Under the pieces are notes generated by a model. It did not search any database and had not been told where the DNA came from. It worked only from the letters and a program-made list of their open reading frames with translations. Positions 25,039-38,439 of a stretch of DNA of 64,000 nt are shown piece by piece (the first letter of the stretch is position 1; every line of letters begins with the position of its first letter). Source of the DNA: Mobula hypostoma (Eukaryota); contig NC_086097.1 of assembly GCF_963921235.1 (NCBI RefSeq), forward strand, positions 108,068,001 through 108,132,000, written 5' to 3'. Made by a program: the position numbers and the translations under genes.

Positions 25039-25074
25039 AGTCAACGTTTCGGGCCGAGACCCTTCGTCGGGACT
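25039..25074 (-). ncRNA. Minimal type I hammerhead ribozyme motif (core variant CCGACGA)
   Basis: The minus strand reads AGTC-CCGACGA-AGGGTCTCGGCCC-GAAACGTT-GACT. Confidence 0.6.
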
Positions 25075-25340
25075 AACTGAAGGAAGAGCTAGTAAGAGAT
25101 TTGAAAGTGGGAGGGAGAGGGGGAGATCCAAAATGATAGGAGAAGACAGGAGGGGGAGGGATGGAGCCAAGAGCAGCTAGTAAGAGATTCTTTCTCTCGC
25201 TCTCTCCTTTTTCTGAAAGAATCTCTTACTAGCTGCTCTTGGCTCCATCCCTCCCCCACCTGTCTTCTCCTATCATTTTGGATCTTCCCCCTCCCCTCCC
25301 CCTCCCACTTTCAAATCTCTTACTAGCTCTTCCTTCAGTT

Positions 25341-25376
25341 AGTCCTGACGAAGGGTCTCGGCCCGAAACGTCAACT
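25341..25376 (+). ncRNA. Minimal type I hammerhead ribozyme motif
   Basis: AGTC-CTGACGA-AGGGTCTCGGCCC-GAAACGTC-AACT. Confidence 0.75.
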
Positions 25377-26639
25377 GTATCTCTTCCTAGAGATGCTGCC
25401 TGGCCTGCTGCGTTCACCAGCAACTTTGATGTGTGTTGATCATATTGCGGTCACTGTTCCCTAAGGGTTCCTTAACCTTAAGCTCTCTTATCGCCTCCGG
25501 ATCATTGCACACACCCAATCCAGCACAGCTGATCCCCTAGTGGGCTCAACAACAAGCCATCCCTTAGACATTCTACAAATTCTCTCTCTTGAGGTCCAGT
25601 ACTGACCTGGTTTTTCAAATCCACTTACATGTTAAAATCCCCAACGATTATCAGGACATTTCCGTTCTGACACACCTTTTCTATCTCCAGCTGTAATTTG
25701 TAATCCACATCCTGACTGCTGTTTGGAGGCCTGTATACAACTGCCACTAGGGTCTTTTTACCCTTGCCATTTCTTAACTCAACCCATAGAGACTCTGCAC
25801 CCTCCGATCCTATGTCATCCCTTTCTAATAATTTAATATTATGTCTTATACACCGGGCCATGCCCCCCCCCACCTACTGACCTATCTTTCTGATACTCTG
25901 TATATCCTTGGACGTTCAGCTCCCAGTGGCAACCATCCTTTAGCCAAATTTCAGAGATGGACACAATGTCATACTTGCCAGTCTGAACTTCAAGGTTGTC
26001 CATTTTATTTCTTGGGCTGTGTGCATTCAAATATAACAGTTTCAGTCCAGTATTTGTTGCTTTTTCCAGGATACTGACTCACCAGCAATTGTACCTTCCA
26101 GATACAGGTGTATTTTTACTACAATCAATTGAAACACCTTGACTGCACACAGGTCTCCAAAAACAGATCTCCATTTGACTAATTATGTGATTTGTAAAAC
26201 CAATTGGCTGCACTAGTGATGATTTGGTGTGTCATATTAAAGGGGGTGAATATTCATACAATCATTTTATATTTGTAATTAATTTAGATCACTTTGTAGA
26301 ATGATCTAAAATCTGTTTTCATTTTGACATGAAAGAGTCTTTTTGTGCTTATCAGTGTCAAAAAAGCCAAATTAAATCCACTGTGATTCAATGTTGTAAA
26401 ACAATAAAACATGAAAACTTCCAAGGGAGGGGTGAATAATTTATATAGGCACTGTATATAAACTTTAATTCACCTTTTATTTTTCCCATTATCATGTTGC
26501 ATGAAGCATTGTACTGCTTCTACAAAGGCAACAAGTTTCATGACATGCCGTTGATATTAAATCTGATTCTGGTCCCTGCTCTTAAAGCTGAAGAGCTGAG
26601 GCCTCTGTACCTCTCTGTGCATCTGGAACCTTGAGTTCC

Positions 26640-27655
26640 GAAGTGGAAGACCACATCTATGCAGATTGGAAAAAACACCTTCACCTCAGTGACACCTAAC
26701 ACTGGCGCTCCACAGGAATGTGTGCTTAGACCACTGATCTACTCTCTCCCTCTACACCCATGACTGTGTAGCTCAAACAGCATCTATAAATTTGCTGATG
26801 ATAATTTGAGATGGTGACGAAAGGGCGTACAGGAGCGAGATACACCAGTTAGTTGAGTGGCGTCACAGCAACAATCTTGCACTCAATGTCAGCAAGACCA
26901 AAGAGCTGATTGTGGACTTCAGGAAGGGTAATATGAGGGAATATAAACCAATCCTCACAGAGGGTTCAGAAGTAGAAAGTGAGCAATTTCAAATTCATGT
27001 TGACAACCAGGAATTTCAAATTCCTGGTTGTCAGTACCTCTGCGGTCCTAACCTGGACACAATATATTGATAAACCTATAAAGAAGGCAAGACAGCAACT
27101 ATATATCAATGAGAGTTTGAGGAGATTTGGTTATCAACTAAACATCTACAAATGTACCATGGAGAGCATTCTGACTGGCTACATCACTGTCTGGTATTGT
27201 GGGGGGGGGGGAGGGCTACTGCACAGGATCAAAATAAGTTGCAGAAACTTGAAAAATTAGTCAGCTCCATCATGGGCACTAGCCTCCATAGTATCCAGGA
27301 CATCTTCAAGGAGCAGTGCCTTAGGAGGTTGGTGTCCGTCATTAAGGATCCCCACCACCCAGGACATACCATGTTCTATTTGTTACCATCAGGATCATGG
27401 TACACACTCATTGATTCAGGAACAGCTTCTTCCCCTCTGCCATCTGATTTCTGAATGGATATTGAACTCATTAACACCACTTCACTTTTTTATTTCTGTT
27501 ATTTTGTACTACTTATTTCAACTGAACTATTTAATAGACATGGATATACCTAATGTAATTCAGTTTTTCCTCTATATTTATTTATCACGTAGTTCATTGT
27601 ACTGCTGCTGTAAAGTTAACGAACTTCACAACATATGCCAGTGTTTCTGATTATG
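26640..27655 (+). mobile_element. Rex1/Babar LINE RT and 3' end
   Basis: TGAPQECVL, KFADD, LNVSKTKELIVDFRK and YKCTMESILTG remnants. Confidence 0.8.
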
Positions 27656-28189
27656 AAATAAATGACCCTTATTCTGACATGATGATTCCTGGGTCTAGAT
27701 TCTTTAACAAATCAGAACTAATCACAATGTTTACATTGTCAATCCCTTTCCAATTGTTTTCCCTTGGTGAGGTTGCCTGTCACTTATCTAAACTTTAGTG
27801 AATATTGTCCGGTCTGGCACAGTCTCTCATCCAAATACACCGTCCTACATCTTAGAAAATGGGATACCACCTCCAAGGGAAGTAAATATGGAGATTGCAC
27901 CTGAAGTTCCATGTTCAGTTTTAATCTCACTAATGCCATGTTCAACTATTTCTTATTTTGAGGAAGTTTCAAGGAGCATTCAAATTTATTGGTAACCAAA
28001 TGCATAATAGCTGTTGCAAAATATTACAGTTTGGAGAATTATGGGTCGTTTTTGTCCAATAACTGCAATGACTGCTAGACATTTTCAGAGTTCAGAATTG
28101 CTTTAGCTTTCAAAATGTACAGTATATTCCTTTAAGGAAAAAAAATGGACAAAATAATTCACCCACAACTGACAAAATAAGTTAAAGGT

Positions 28190-29860
28190 TATGTTAAATC
28201 CAAGAGAGAGGAAAATAAAGATGCCAGAAACAACGGTAGGTCTGAGATTTGGAAGTGTTTTAGAGTTTGGTAAAGGAGGAACAATAGGTCAATTAAAAGG
28301 CAGCAGGATAGAATGACTAGAAACCTGGCAAAATACATGGCAACAGACCGTAGGAGTTTTTGGAGAAAGGAACAAACTAGTGTTGGTAATTGTGGGTCCT
28401 TTACAAAGACTTTTTTTAAAACAGAGAATTAGGAAATGAAAAAGGAATTAAGCTATTACTTGATATTTATCTTCATGGAAGAAGGTGCACAAAACCTGCT
28501 CCAGAAATTAAAGAAAAAGAAGAGGAACTGATGGAGATGAGTTTTATTTTAAAAATTGTAACATTAGAGAAGATAATGAGTTTGAGAGTGTTTTGTATTT
28601 TAACTCCAGAAACTAATCTAGAGAAAAACATGGGAACCGGGAAATGGGTCCACTTGTTTACTGAGGCACTCAAATATGACATGGTGGTGTAGTTACAATA
28701 GACAATAGACAATAGGTGCAGGAGTAGCCATTCGGCCCTTCGAGGCAGCACCGCCATTCACTGTGATCATGGCTGATCATCCACAATCAGTATCCAGTTC
28801 CTGCCTTATCCCCATAATATATCATTCATTTACATATCACTCATCCGTATATCATTCATTTACATATAATCCATAATGAATTGTGTAAACAGACAAAGAA
28901 TGCTTAATCAAACAATATATTTACAATATTACTCACATTTTACGGGAATAATAAAAGCACTACGTGGAGTTGAGGTTATCAAAAGTTATATTTACAAGTT
29001 TGATACTAAGCTAGGTAAATGCAGGGTAGGATGTAAAAATGAACTTCAAAGGGACTTGGACAAGATGAGTGTGCAGGTGAGAACGTGGCTTGTGAAATAA
29101 GTGGAAATCTTTGAGGTTATCTATTCCAGTGTAAACTGAAGAATTTGTTAAACGATGACAGGGTGGATAAGTATGGTGTTCATGGGGACCTGGGTGTGCT
29201 TGTACCCAAATCACTAAAGGCCAAATTACAGGTGAGCAATTAAGGCAGTAGATGATATGTAGGCATGGTAAACTGTGAATACTGGAAATCAGGAGCAATG
29301 CACACTAAACACTGGAGAAACCCAAATGATCAAGCAGAGTCTATAGAGGGAAATGAACAGCTGACATTTCAGGCTGAGAACCTTCATCAGGGCACTTGCA
29401 TACTTGATTAGTTTTCCTTTTAGTCTTCTTGCATAGAAAGGAAACCACTGAAGGAATGCAGCAAAGATCACAAGACTGGTTCCATATATAGTGGGTTAGA
29501 TGCATAGGAAGAGATTGAATAGACTGGTACTATATTCTTTGGAAATTAGAAGGAATTGGAAAAAATTTCATTTAAACATGCACATTTTCTAAATGAATTG
29601 ATGGTTTAAATGCAGGGAGGATATATCCCTTGTCGAAGAACTTAGAACCAGGGGCACAGTTTCAGAATAAATAATAGGTCACATTGGACAGAAATGGCAA
29701 AAAATTTCTTCACTCAAAAGAAGGTAACCATTCAGAATGTTTTATTCATGAGCATGTAAAGGCTTCGTTGTATTTATTAAAAATAGATGAATAGAATTCT
29801 GGATGAAAAGTGAACCGTGGGATACAGGGTTACTGCTCGAAAATGGCATTTCAGTGGAAA
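28190..29860 (+). mobile_element. Highly decayed CR1 ORF2 with small nested repeats
   Basis: Scattered CR1-like remnants. A CR1 3' tail lies at 28697-28820 (minus) and a Penelope pLTR at 29290-29392 (minus). Confidence 0.5.
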
Positions 29861-31577
29861 GGTGGAGCAGACTTAATTAACCTAATATATGACTGCTGCT
29901 CCAATTAATGATATTACGTAAATTTTCCTTTCTCATTTCTCTAGGTTGCATGTAATTAACAATTTTGTAATTGCACCTCGCCACTTCAGGTTCTGTTCTT
30001 GGGTGGGATAATGACCTGATCGAAATGTATCTTTTGAGTTTCATATGTTCAATTAGACTTCTATTGACTGAATATGTAAAATATTCCAAATTTTCCTCAC
30101 TTGGTAGTGTTCTCACATTTGATCAGAAGGGTGTGTACTCGCCAAAGAGTTGAGCAGAAAACCTCAAGCTGGTTCCATCATGTGTTACTCACTATCCTTT
30201 GGCTGAGGTATTAAACTGAATTCCTATCTCCTCTGCCAAACTGCTGTAAGGGATGTTGTGGCTTTCTTTGAATGGAAACAGAGTTTTCCCTCGTGGATAA
30301 TATATATTCTTGCTTTAAACAACAACACAAGTCAGAACATATGGCTATTGTTACAACTTTGACGCAGTTTGATGTGAACAGGTTTTGAATGTTATTAAAT
30401 CTCAGAACTTTATTATCTAATTGGACATTATGAGTTAGCAAAATATTGTTTTGCAAAAATCTATGGTGTTTGTGGGATATAAATAAAAAAAAATTAGTTG
30501 TGGAACCCCTGTAAACCTCATGGACTGGGGTGACTGTCCATATGTCGGTAGTTACACACAGCTCTCTATCCTGTAATTGCATCTCATGGACAAAACAAAC
30601 TACTGATGTAGTCAACTAGAACATTCAGATTGGTTAAATGAAGTGTTGCAGTGGTGCTAGAAGGTTTCTGAACTCTTGAGAATTTTCTCTATTTCTGCAT
30701 AAATATGACCTAAAATGTGATCAGATCTTCCTTCCATTAAGTCCTAAAACTAGATAGAGAACCCAATTAAATAAATAACACAAAAAATTATACTTTTTTC
30801 ATTAACTTATTGGGAAAAATGATCCAATATTACATGTATTTGGTTTTTTAAAAAAAGTATGTGAACCTTTGCTTTCAGTAACTAGTGAGACCTCTGGGTA
30901 CAACAATAACTTCAACCAAACATTTCTGGTAACTATTGATCAGTCCTGCACATTGGCTTGGAGGAATTTTTCGCCATTGCTCCTTACAAAACTGCTTCAA
31001 CTCTGAGATGATTGTGGGCTTCCTTGCATGAACTGCTTGCTTCAGGTCCTTCCACAACATTTTTATGGGATGAAGTTCAGGACTTTGACTCGGCCATTCA
31101 AAAACGTGAAATTTCTTCTGCTTGAACCATTCCTTGGTAGACTGACTTGTGTGTTTAGGGTCATTGTCTTGTTGCGTGACCCACTTTCTCTTGAGCTTCA
31201 GTTCACGGGCAGATACCCTGAGATTATCTTGTAAAATTTGCTGCTACAATTCAGAACTTGTAGTTCCATCAATGATGGCAAACTGTCCTGGTCCCAAAGC
31301 AGCATGACACTGCCACCACCGTGTTTCACAGACAGGATGAGGTGGAATGCAGTGTCTGCTTTTGGCCAAACATAATGCTTCTCATTAAAGCCAAAAAGTT
31401 CTATTTTGAACTCCTCTGGCCACAAAACATTCTTCCAGTAGCCTTCTAGCTTATCCACATGGTCTTTAGCAAACTTTAGATGGGCAGCAATGTTCTTCTT
31501 GGAGAATAGTGACATTCCCCTTGCAATCCTGCCATGAACACCATTGTTGTTCAGTGTTTGCCTGATGGTAGATTCCC

Positions 31578-32088
31578 ACAGACTGCATCACTGGTGGCGG
31601 GGGCGGGCGGTGTCTACTGCACAGGACCAAAAGAAGCTGCAGAGGGTTGTAAATCTAGTCAGCTCCACCTTGGGTACTAGCCTACAAAGTACCCAGGACA
31701 TCTTCAAGGAGTGGTACCTCAGAAAAACAGCATCCATCATTAAGGACCTCCAGTACCCAGGGCATGCCCTTTTCTCACTTTTACCATCAGGTAGAAGGTA
31801 TCGAAGCCTGAAGGCACACATTCAGCAATTCAGGAACAGCTTCTTCCCCTCTGCCATATGATTCCTAAATGGACATTGAACCTTTGAATACTACCTAACT
31901 TTTTAAAAAATACATAGCATTTCTGTTTTTTGCACGATTTTTAATCTATTCAATATACACATACTGTATAAAGTATACTGAATAAGATTTACTTATTTTT
32001 TTCTATATTATGTATTGCATTGAATTGCTGCTGCTAAGTTAACAAATTTCATGTCACATGCCAGTGATCATAAACCTGATTCTGATTA
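31578..32088 (+). mobile_element. Rex1 3' fragment nested in Tc1
   Basis: DQKKLQRVV...LLPSGRRYRSLK...FRNSFFPSAI, with a cctgattctgatt tail. Confidence 0.85.
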
Positions 32089-32132
32089 CTGACATTAGCC
32101 AGTGCAAAAGAGGCCCTATAGCTCCTAACAGA

Positions 32133-32290
32133 AGCAAGAGAAAAACTGCAAATACTGGAAATCCAAGCAACACACACAAGATGCTGTCACCAGTCCTGAT
32201 GAAGGGTCTTGGCCTGAAATGTTGACTGTACTCTTTTCCATAGATGCTGCCTGGCCTGTTTAGTTCCTCCAGCATTTAGTGTGTGTTGCC
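32133..32290. mobile_element. Short inverted Penelope pLTR insertion in Tc1, with a hammerhead-like motif at 32192-32227
   Basis: Inverted ends gcaacacacacaagatgctg and cagcatttagtgtgtgttgc flank agtcctgatgaagggtcttggcctgaaatgttgact. Confidence 0.7.
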
Positions 32291-33489
32291 TGTAGCTCCT
32301 TAGATGTTACCCAGGGGTTCTTTGTAACCTCCTGAAATATTACACACCTTACTCTGGGAGTGATTTTTGTTGGTTGACCACACCTGGAGAGAGTAACAAT
32401 GGTATTGAATTTCCTCCATTTGTACACCATCTGTCTGACTGTGGATTGGTGGAGCCCGAACTCCTTAGAAATGTTTTTGTATCCTTTTCCAACTTTTTTT
32501 TCCCTCCTGAGGTCCATCTGAAATCTCCTTTGATTGAGGCATGGCATACTTCCAAAAACCTGTGTGGTGAAGATCAGACTTTCATAGTGAAGACCCAGGT
32601 TTATGTTCTTCAAATAGGGCAGGGCCTCCCACACTCACACCTGATTCTCATCCCATTGATTGAAACAGCTGACTCTAATTTCCCCTTTAAATGAACTGAT
32701 AATCCTGGAGGTTCACGTAACTCTTTCCAACAGATATGTGTATTATTGGATCATTTTTCTCAATAAATAAATGAACAAGTATAATGTTTTTTGTTTTATT
32801 AATTTAATTGGGTTCTCTTTATCTAGTTTTAGGACTTGCTTGAAGATCTGATCACATTTTAGGTCATACTTTTACAGAAATAGAGAAAATCCTAAAGGGT
32901 TCACAAACTTTCTAGCACCACTGTATATGTTCTGTTCTGACTACAGAAGATTGCTACTTTACTGAGGCATTACAATGGGAGAAGCCTGCAGTGTATTTGG
33001 CAAGTAAGGGTAAACTAATTGGCAGATCACCTTGTGTTTTTTATATGGGTTTGACTCTTGTTTATTTTTTGTCACTGATATCTTCTCCAAGAGGGTCTCA
33101 CATTACTTGCATTCTGTGCAATATCCAATTATTCATTGGCTGATCTGACAGTGCTTGGGGTTGTGGTGTGGTGGATTAATGAGTCTTCCTCATTACACAA
33201 GTTGGATATCATGTTCTTTGCTGAGCTACTTCATGGGCCAGTTTATAGTTAACCATATCGGACTTGACTGGGACTAGAACCATACCTAACATGGGCAAGG
33301 TCAACCCAACAGATAACTATTTCTGTGGAAGACGAGTGAACCAGCATCATTTTTATGATATAAAAACCATATATTCTTTGCTTGAAATCTGTAAGTGAAA
33401 ATACTTAACAGTAACATTTGTAGAAAGAGAATCAGTTAATAAGGAAGAACAAAAGGATGTGGAAGAATAGTTGCAATTTGAGTGTGATT

Positions 33490-33985
33490 TCAAATAAGTT
33501 GTAAACAAGATTGAAACAATACAGAGGAAATTTACAAGGATGTTGCTGGGTCTGGAGGTCTTTAGTTATAAGGGAAGATTGCATAAGTTAGGACTAATTC
33601 TTTTGTACACAGAAGATTGAGAGAAGATTTGATAGAGGTATACAAAATTGAGGGATATAGATAGGGTAAATGCATGCAGGCTTTTTCCACTGAGGTTGGG
33701 TGGGACTACAACCAGACATCATGGTTAAAGGTAAAAAGTTTAAGGTAACATGAAGCGAAATTTTTTCACTCAAAGGGTCATGAGAAAGTGGAACAAGCAA
33801 ATGGTGCATGTGAGCTCGATTTCAATGTTTGAGAGAAGTTTGGATAGGTACGTAGATGGAAGGGGTATGGAGGGCTTATGGTCCTGGGGCAGGTTGATGA
33901 GAGTAGACAGTTTTAATGGCTCAGCACCAACTGGATTGGCTGAATGCCCTCTTTCTATGTTGTATTTTCCTATGACTCTGTGATT
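33490..33985 (+). mobile_element. CR1 3' fragment
   Basis: IETIQRKFTRML and NFFTQRVMR.WN motifs. Confidence 0.75.
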
Positions 33986-34739
33986 TTGGAAAAAAATATT
34001 GAAGGTCAAAAAAGATGTTGTGGTAGTTCATGAGAAGAAGATGCTTTTATTCAACAACACTTGGGACAGTATCTTCCAGGTCCTGTCACTGGCTACTCTT
34101 GGTGTTGATATTGAAGGTTGAAGGTCAAAGTTGGTGAGTCCAGAAGGTGAGGCCCTAGGTCTGTGAGTCCACTAGGGAAGTCAGAGGCCCAATATCTGTG
34201 GGTCTGCTGGAAGTCTGTAGGCGGCTCACCTTGGGGCTGTCTATGTGCCTGAGTGTGTGGGAGGATGACAAAAGGGCTTGTTTTGCAGTTGTTGTGGTGT
34301 TGTCTGTGTTGTTTCTGCTGAACATGCTGCATTGGTGTTGGAATGTATTTGCATGCTGCCCCCAGCACTTCCTTGGGGTGTGCTGGTTGTTAAGACAAAC
34401 AATGCACAATGCACAATGCATTTCACTCTTTGTTTTGAAGTAAATGAGATAAATAAATGAATCTGAATCAAAAACCTTTCAGCAGTTCTATGACACTGAG
34501 CAATCCACCAAACCCTTTATTGAAATCAGCACAGAAGTATCAAGTAAAACTTGTATACTCCTGACCATCACTTTATAGTGTGAGGCTTCTCTTGGCCCGC
34601 TAATTTCTTTCCCTCAATCTTTTTTAGATGCCGACTCAGCAAGAGGAGATGGAGCATCAGAAACTGGCTTGGACAAGTAAACTTGATGAATCTGTATTAG
34701 TAGGTAGTATTAACAAAAAAAAGATTAATGTCCTCTCAC

Positions 34740-36270
34740 AGATGGTTGAATGCTCCTCTTGTGGGATGAGGGAAGGCAGGGGACCTCCAGTGTCCCTGAC
34801 AACTACAACTGTGAGAAGTGCATCCAGCTGCAGCTTTTGGAGCTGGAACTAGATGAACTCCAGATCATTTGGGAGGCTGAAGGGGGTGATAGATAAGATA
34901 TTTGGAGAGGTAGTTACACACTAGGTACAGGACACTGGGTAACAGTCAGGAAGGGGAAAGAGGTTAAGGAGCTAGTGCAAAGTACCCCTGTGGACATCCC
35001 CCTCAACTACAGGTGTATCACTTTGGATACTGGGGTTTGACCTAACAGAGTAAAGACACAGTGGTGGGATCGCTGGCACTAAGTCTGACTCTGTGATTCA
35101 GAAGGAAAGGTGGGATGGGGGCGGGGGAGGGGCAGAGAAGAGACACACTGTGGTGATAGGAGATTTGTTAGTTAGGAGAACAGACAGTTGGTTCTGTGGG
35201 TGAGAACGAGATTCCCGGATGGTATATTGCCTCCTGGGTGCCAGGATCCAGGACATTGATTGAGACCTAGCGTTCTTAAGTGGGAGGTTTAACAGCTAGA
35301 GTATGTGACCCATGTAGGTACCAATGATGTGGGTAGGATGAGTGATGAGGTTCTGCATAGGGAGTTAGGTGCTAAGTTAAAGGGCAGGATATCCAGGTCT
35401 GTGATCTCAGGATTGCCACCCGTGCCATGTGCTAGTGAGGCCAGATCTAGTAGGATTATACAGTTTAATATGTGGCTAAGTAGTTGGTGTAGGAGGAATA
35501 TTTTTGGATCATTGGGCTCCCTTCCAGGGAAAATGGGACCTGTACAAAAGGGACGGTTTGCAATTGATCTGCAGGGGGACTAATACTGTATCCCAGCAGG
35601 AAGGTTTGTTAATGTTGCACAGTGGGGTTTAAACTAGAGTTGCCGGGGAATGGGAACCAGAATACCAGAACAGTTAGTGGAGAGGCTGTGGAGGTAGATG
35701 TTGGTAAGACCTCAGACAAGGTCAGGAATTGAAAGGTCCAGAATGGTGGGAATAGTGTCCTGAGCTGCATATATTTCGATGCAATAGGTATCGTAGAAAA
35801 GGCAGATGAGCTCAGGGCATGGATCAACACCTGGAATTATAACATTGTAGCCATGAATGAGACTTGGTCGCAGGAGGGGCAGGACTGGCAGCTCAGTCTT
35901 CCACGGTCCTGTTTTAGATGTGACAGAGTGGGAGGGATTAAAGGAGGAGGGGAGGAGTTACTAGTCAGGGAAAATGTCACAGCAGTGCTCCGTCACGACA
36001 GACTGGAGAACTTGTCTAGTGAGGTGTTATGGGTGGAAATGAGAAATAAGAAAGGTATGACCACATTAATGGGGCTAAATTACAGACCACCCAATAGTCC
36101 TAGGGATTTAAAGGAACAAATTTGTGACGAGGTTGCTGACAGTTGCAAGAAACATAAGGTTATTATAGTAGGTGATTTTAACTTTCCACATCGTGACTGG
36201 GGATCCCATAAAGGACTAGATGGATGGAGTTTGTCAAATGTGTTCAGGAAAGTTTCCTTCATCGGTGCAT
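34740..36270 (+). mobile_element. CR1 LINE 5' part: ORF1 (zinc finger and SGNH esterase) and ORF2 endonuclease, decayed
   Basis: VECSSCGM, HVGTNDVG, ETW, LWVEMRNKKG..YRPPN and VGDFNFP motifs. Confidence 0.8.
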
Positions 36271-36444
36271 AGAATTTTACAATTGACTGATTTTACAAGT
36301 TTCTTCAATGTATTTCAATCTTGTTCAGTAGCACCCCATTTCCCCCCACCCCAAACATACCAGATGGTGATGCAGCCAGTCAGAATGCTCTCTATGGTAC
36401 ATTTGTAGAAGTTTTCAAGTGTTTTAGTTGACAAACCAAATATC

Positions 36445-37586
36445 CTCTGTCCAAACCGCCTGTTTTTCTGCTTCAGCTTCAAGCTGTTTTTGTCGTAACT
36501 CAATCTTGAGCTGTTTTCCTCTTAACTCAGCCTCAAGTTGTTTTTGTTTTAACTCAGCCTCAAACTTTAGTTTTTCCAACTTGAACTGGAGCTTAAGATC
36601 ACTGGGTTTACTTTTGGGAAACCTTTCTAACACCACTTCTTCAAACTTCCTCAAAGAAATATAGTGCTCAGCTATTTTCCGCTGAATCTGTTCCTTTTTC
36701 ATTTCCCGTTTTACCGCAGTAAGTCCCAGCTCCTTAGCAATGGCCAACAAGTCGTCCTTTCTGGCCTCCCCGAATGCCTTAGGGTCTGGCGATACAGCAT
36801 CCATTGCTGCTGGTTTCCCCACACAAGTCAATCAAAAGTGTAGTCGCCAATGAGATCGATAATCAATCAATAAGTTCCAATTCTGTTCATTTTGCGGACG
36901 AGCCCCCAATTTTGTCACGATTTCGTAACGTACCAGCAGCAAGAGATGACAAATTAAGTTGGGTTTTAATATCAAAACCACTATATTTATTTACATCTAC
37001 TCAAAAGTATAAAATATCAAATAAACTACTTTCTTAAACGGAAGTTAACAGTGTTATGCGTCTATAACTCCCTTACAGTCAAACTTAGAACCCAGTCTTA
37101 ACAAATCTTACTCAAGCACAGTCATAAAGTGGCAGTTCAGAGAGTCAGTAATTCACGAAATAGGTGAGAGGAGAGACTTATGGATTCACAATGCAGCGAC
37201 GAGGCGATCACGATGAATTCCAAAGATTCCACGGCTAGCGAACAAAGAAACGGTTACTGAAGATCTCAGCCGAGGAATACTGTTCCGAAGTCCACGAAGA
37301 GCGATTTCACAAAGTGACTGTCATGAAATCCACACCCATGAATCATACGAAGGACAGACACATCTGCACAATGCAAAGTGTGCTGCTGATTAACTCAATC
37401 CTTTGGGTTTGAGTAAGCATTAGACTTTACCCTTTTTGATCATGAGCTGTTCCCGGATAGATCGAAGTCTGCAATCTTCACTCCCTCCCTCCTTCCTTCG
37501 ACTCCCTTCTCAGCAAAATGCCCACATTTCTTTTATACCATCGGCATACGTAACGCTCACAGAAATTAAATTGTGGACACGCAACA
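36445..37586 (-). mobile_element. Truncated Gypsy element: 5' LTR, tRNA-Pro PBS and gag N-terminus
   Basis: The minus strand has TGGGGGCTCGTCCG at 36895-36908, next to an LTR end at 36913 (tgtcac). ORF reads ARKDDLLAIAKELGL...coiled coil. The far LTR boundary is approximate. Confidence 0.75.
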
Positions 37587-37634
37587 CCTCAAGCTCCTAT
37601 TGGAACATAGCCACTGTCTTGCTTTCTTTATAGT

Positions 37635-38430
37635 TAGAAACATAGAAATCCTACAGCACAATACAGGCCCTTCGGCCCACAATGCTGTGCCAAACGTGTA
37701 TGTACTTTAGAAATTACCTAGGATTACCCATAGCCCTCTATTTTTCTAAGCTCCATGTACCTATCCAGGAGCCTCTTAAAAGACCCTATCGTGTCTGCCT
37801 CCACCACCATCGCTGGCAGCCCGTTCCACGCATCAATATGTTGCCTCCAGATTAGGTCCTCAGTGATACTGACAGTCAGGAACTCAAAATTGCTCACTCT
37901 CTCCACTTCTATTCCCTCTGTAAGGATTGGTTTTTGTTCCCTCATCTTACCCTTCCTAAAGTCCACAATCAGCTCTTTGGTCTTGCTGATGTTGAGTGCA
38001 AGGATGTTGCTGTGACACGACTCAGCTAACTGGTGTGTCTCATTCCTGTATGCCCTTTTGCCACCATCTGAAATCCTGCCAACAATGGTAATATCATCAG
38101 CAAATTGATACATAGCACTTGAGCTCTGCTGAGCCACACATGAGTGCTGGGAGAGTTGAGTAGTGGGCTAAGCACTCATCCCTGTGGAGTGCTAGTGTTA
38201 GTTGTCAATGTGGTGAAGATGTTATTTCCAATGCACACATTGTGGCCTTCCGGTCAGGAAGTCGAGGATCCAGTTACAGAGGGATGTACAGAGGCCAAGG
38301 TTCTGTAGCTTTTTGGTCAGGACTGTTGGAATGATGGTGTTAATTGTTAAGCCATAGTCAATAAACAGTATCTTGACATGGGTATTTGCATTGTCTAGAT
38401 GATCCAAGGCAGTGTGGAGAACCATTGAGA
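37635..38430 (-). mobile_element. CR1 3' end (37635-37830) abutting a Rex1 RT fragment (37830-38430)
   Basis: AWNGLP..VVEADTIGSFKRLLDRYM (CR1); QFADD..ISKTKELIVDFRK and [14 protein letters not shown] (Rex1). Confidence 0.8.
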
Positions 38431-38439
38431 GCCATTGTG

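Larger units (their letters stand above)
24943..25435. mobile_element. Fold-back insertion made of two inverted Penelope pLTRs
   Basis: 24943-25190 is the reverse complement of 25220-25435. 12-bp TSD TTGATCATATTG at 24931-24942 and 25436-25447. Confidence 0.88.
22388..26065 (-). mobile_element. CR1 LINE ORF2 (endonuclease and partial RT, internal deletion) with nested insertions
   Basis: ESLWVELRN..VYRPPN..IVGDFN, KSPGPDGMHP and NYRPVSLTSVVGK motifs; 3' UTR at 22388-22624. Confidence 0.85.
18210..26454 (-). mobile_element. Tc1-like DNA transposon broken up by ~7 kb of nested insertions
   Basis: Transposase WPSQSPDLNQIENLW at 18289-18576 and HTH KIIEKHKSGEGYKKI near 18830-18950. The 5' region and TIR at 26075-26454 end in ...ggcactg|TA. 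Confidence 0.75.
30649..32923 (-). mobile_element. Tc1-like transposon with both long (~210-bp) inverted repeats and a decayed transposase
   Basis: Termini CAGTGGTGCTAGAA and TTCTAGCACCACTG|TA. Protein remnants GKGYKNISKEFGLHQSTVRQ, VKHGGGSVM and LWKDLKQAVHAR. Confidence 0.9.

Noticed and set aside
36424..36831. Coiled-coil ORF as a second captured host gene
   Set aside because: It follows a PBS directly and matches the usual N-terminus of fish Gypsy gag, with no myosin motifs.
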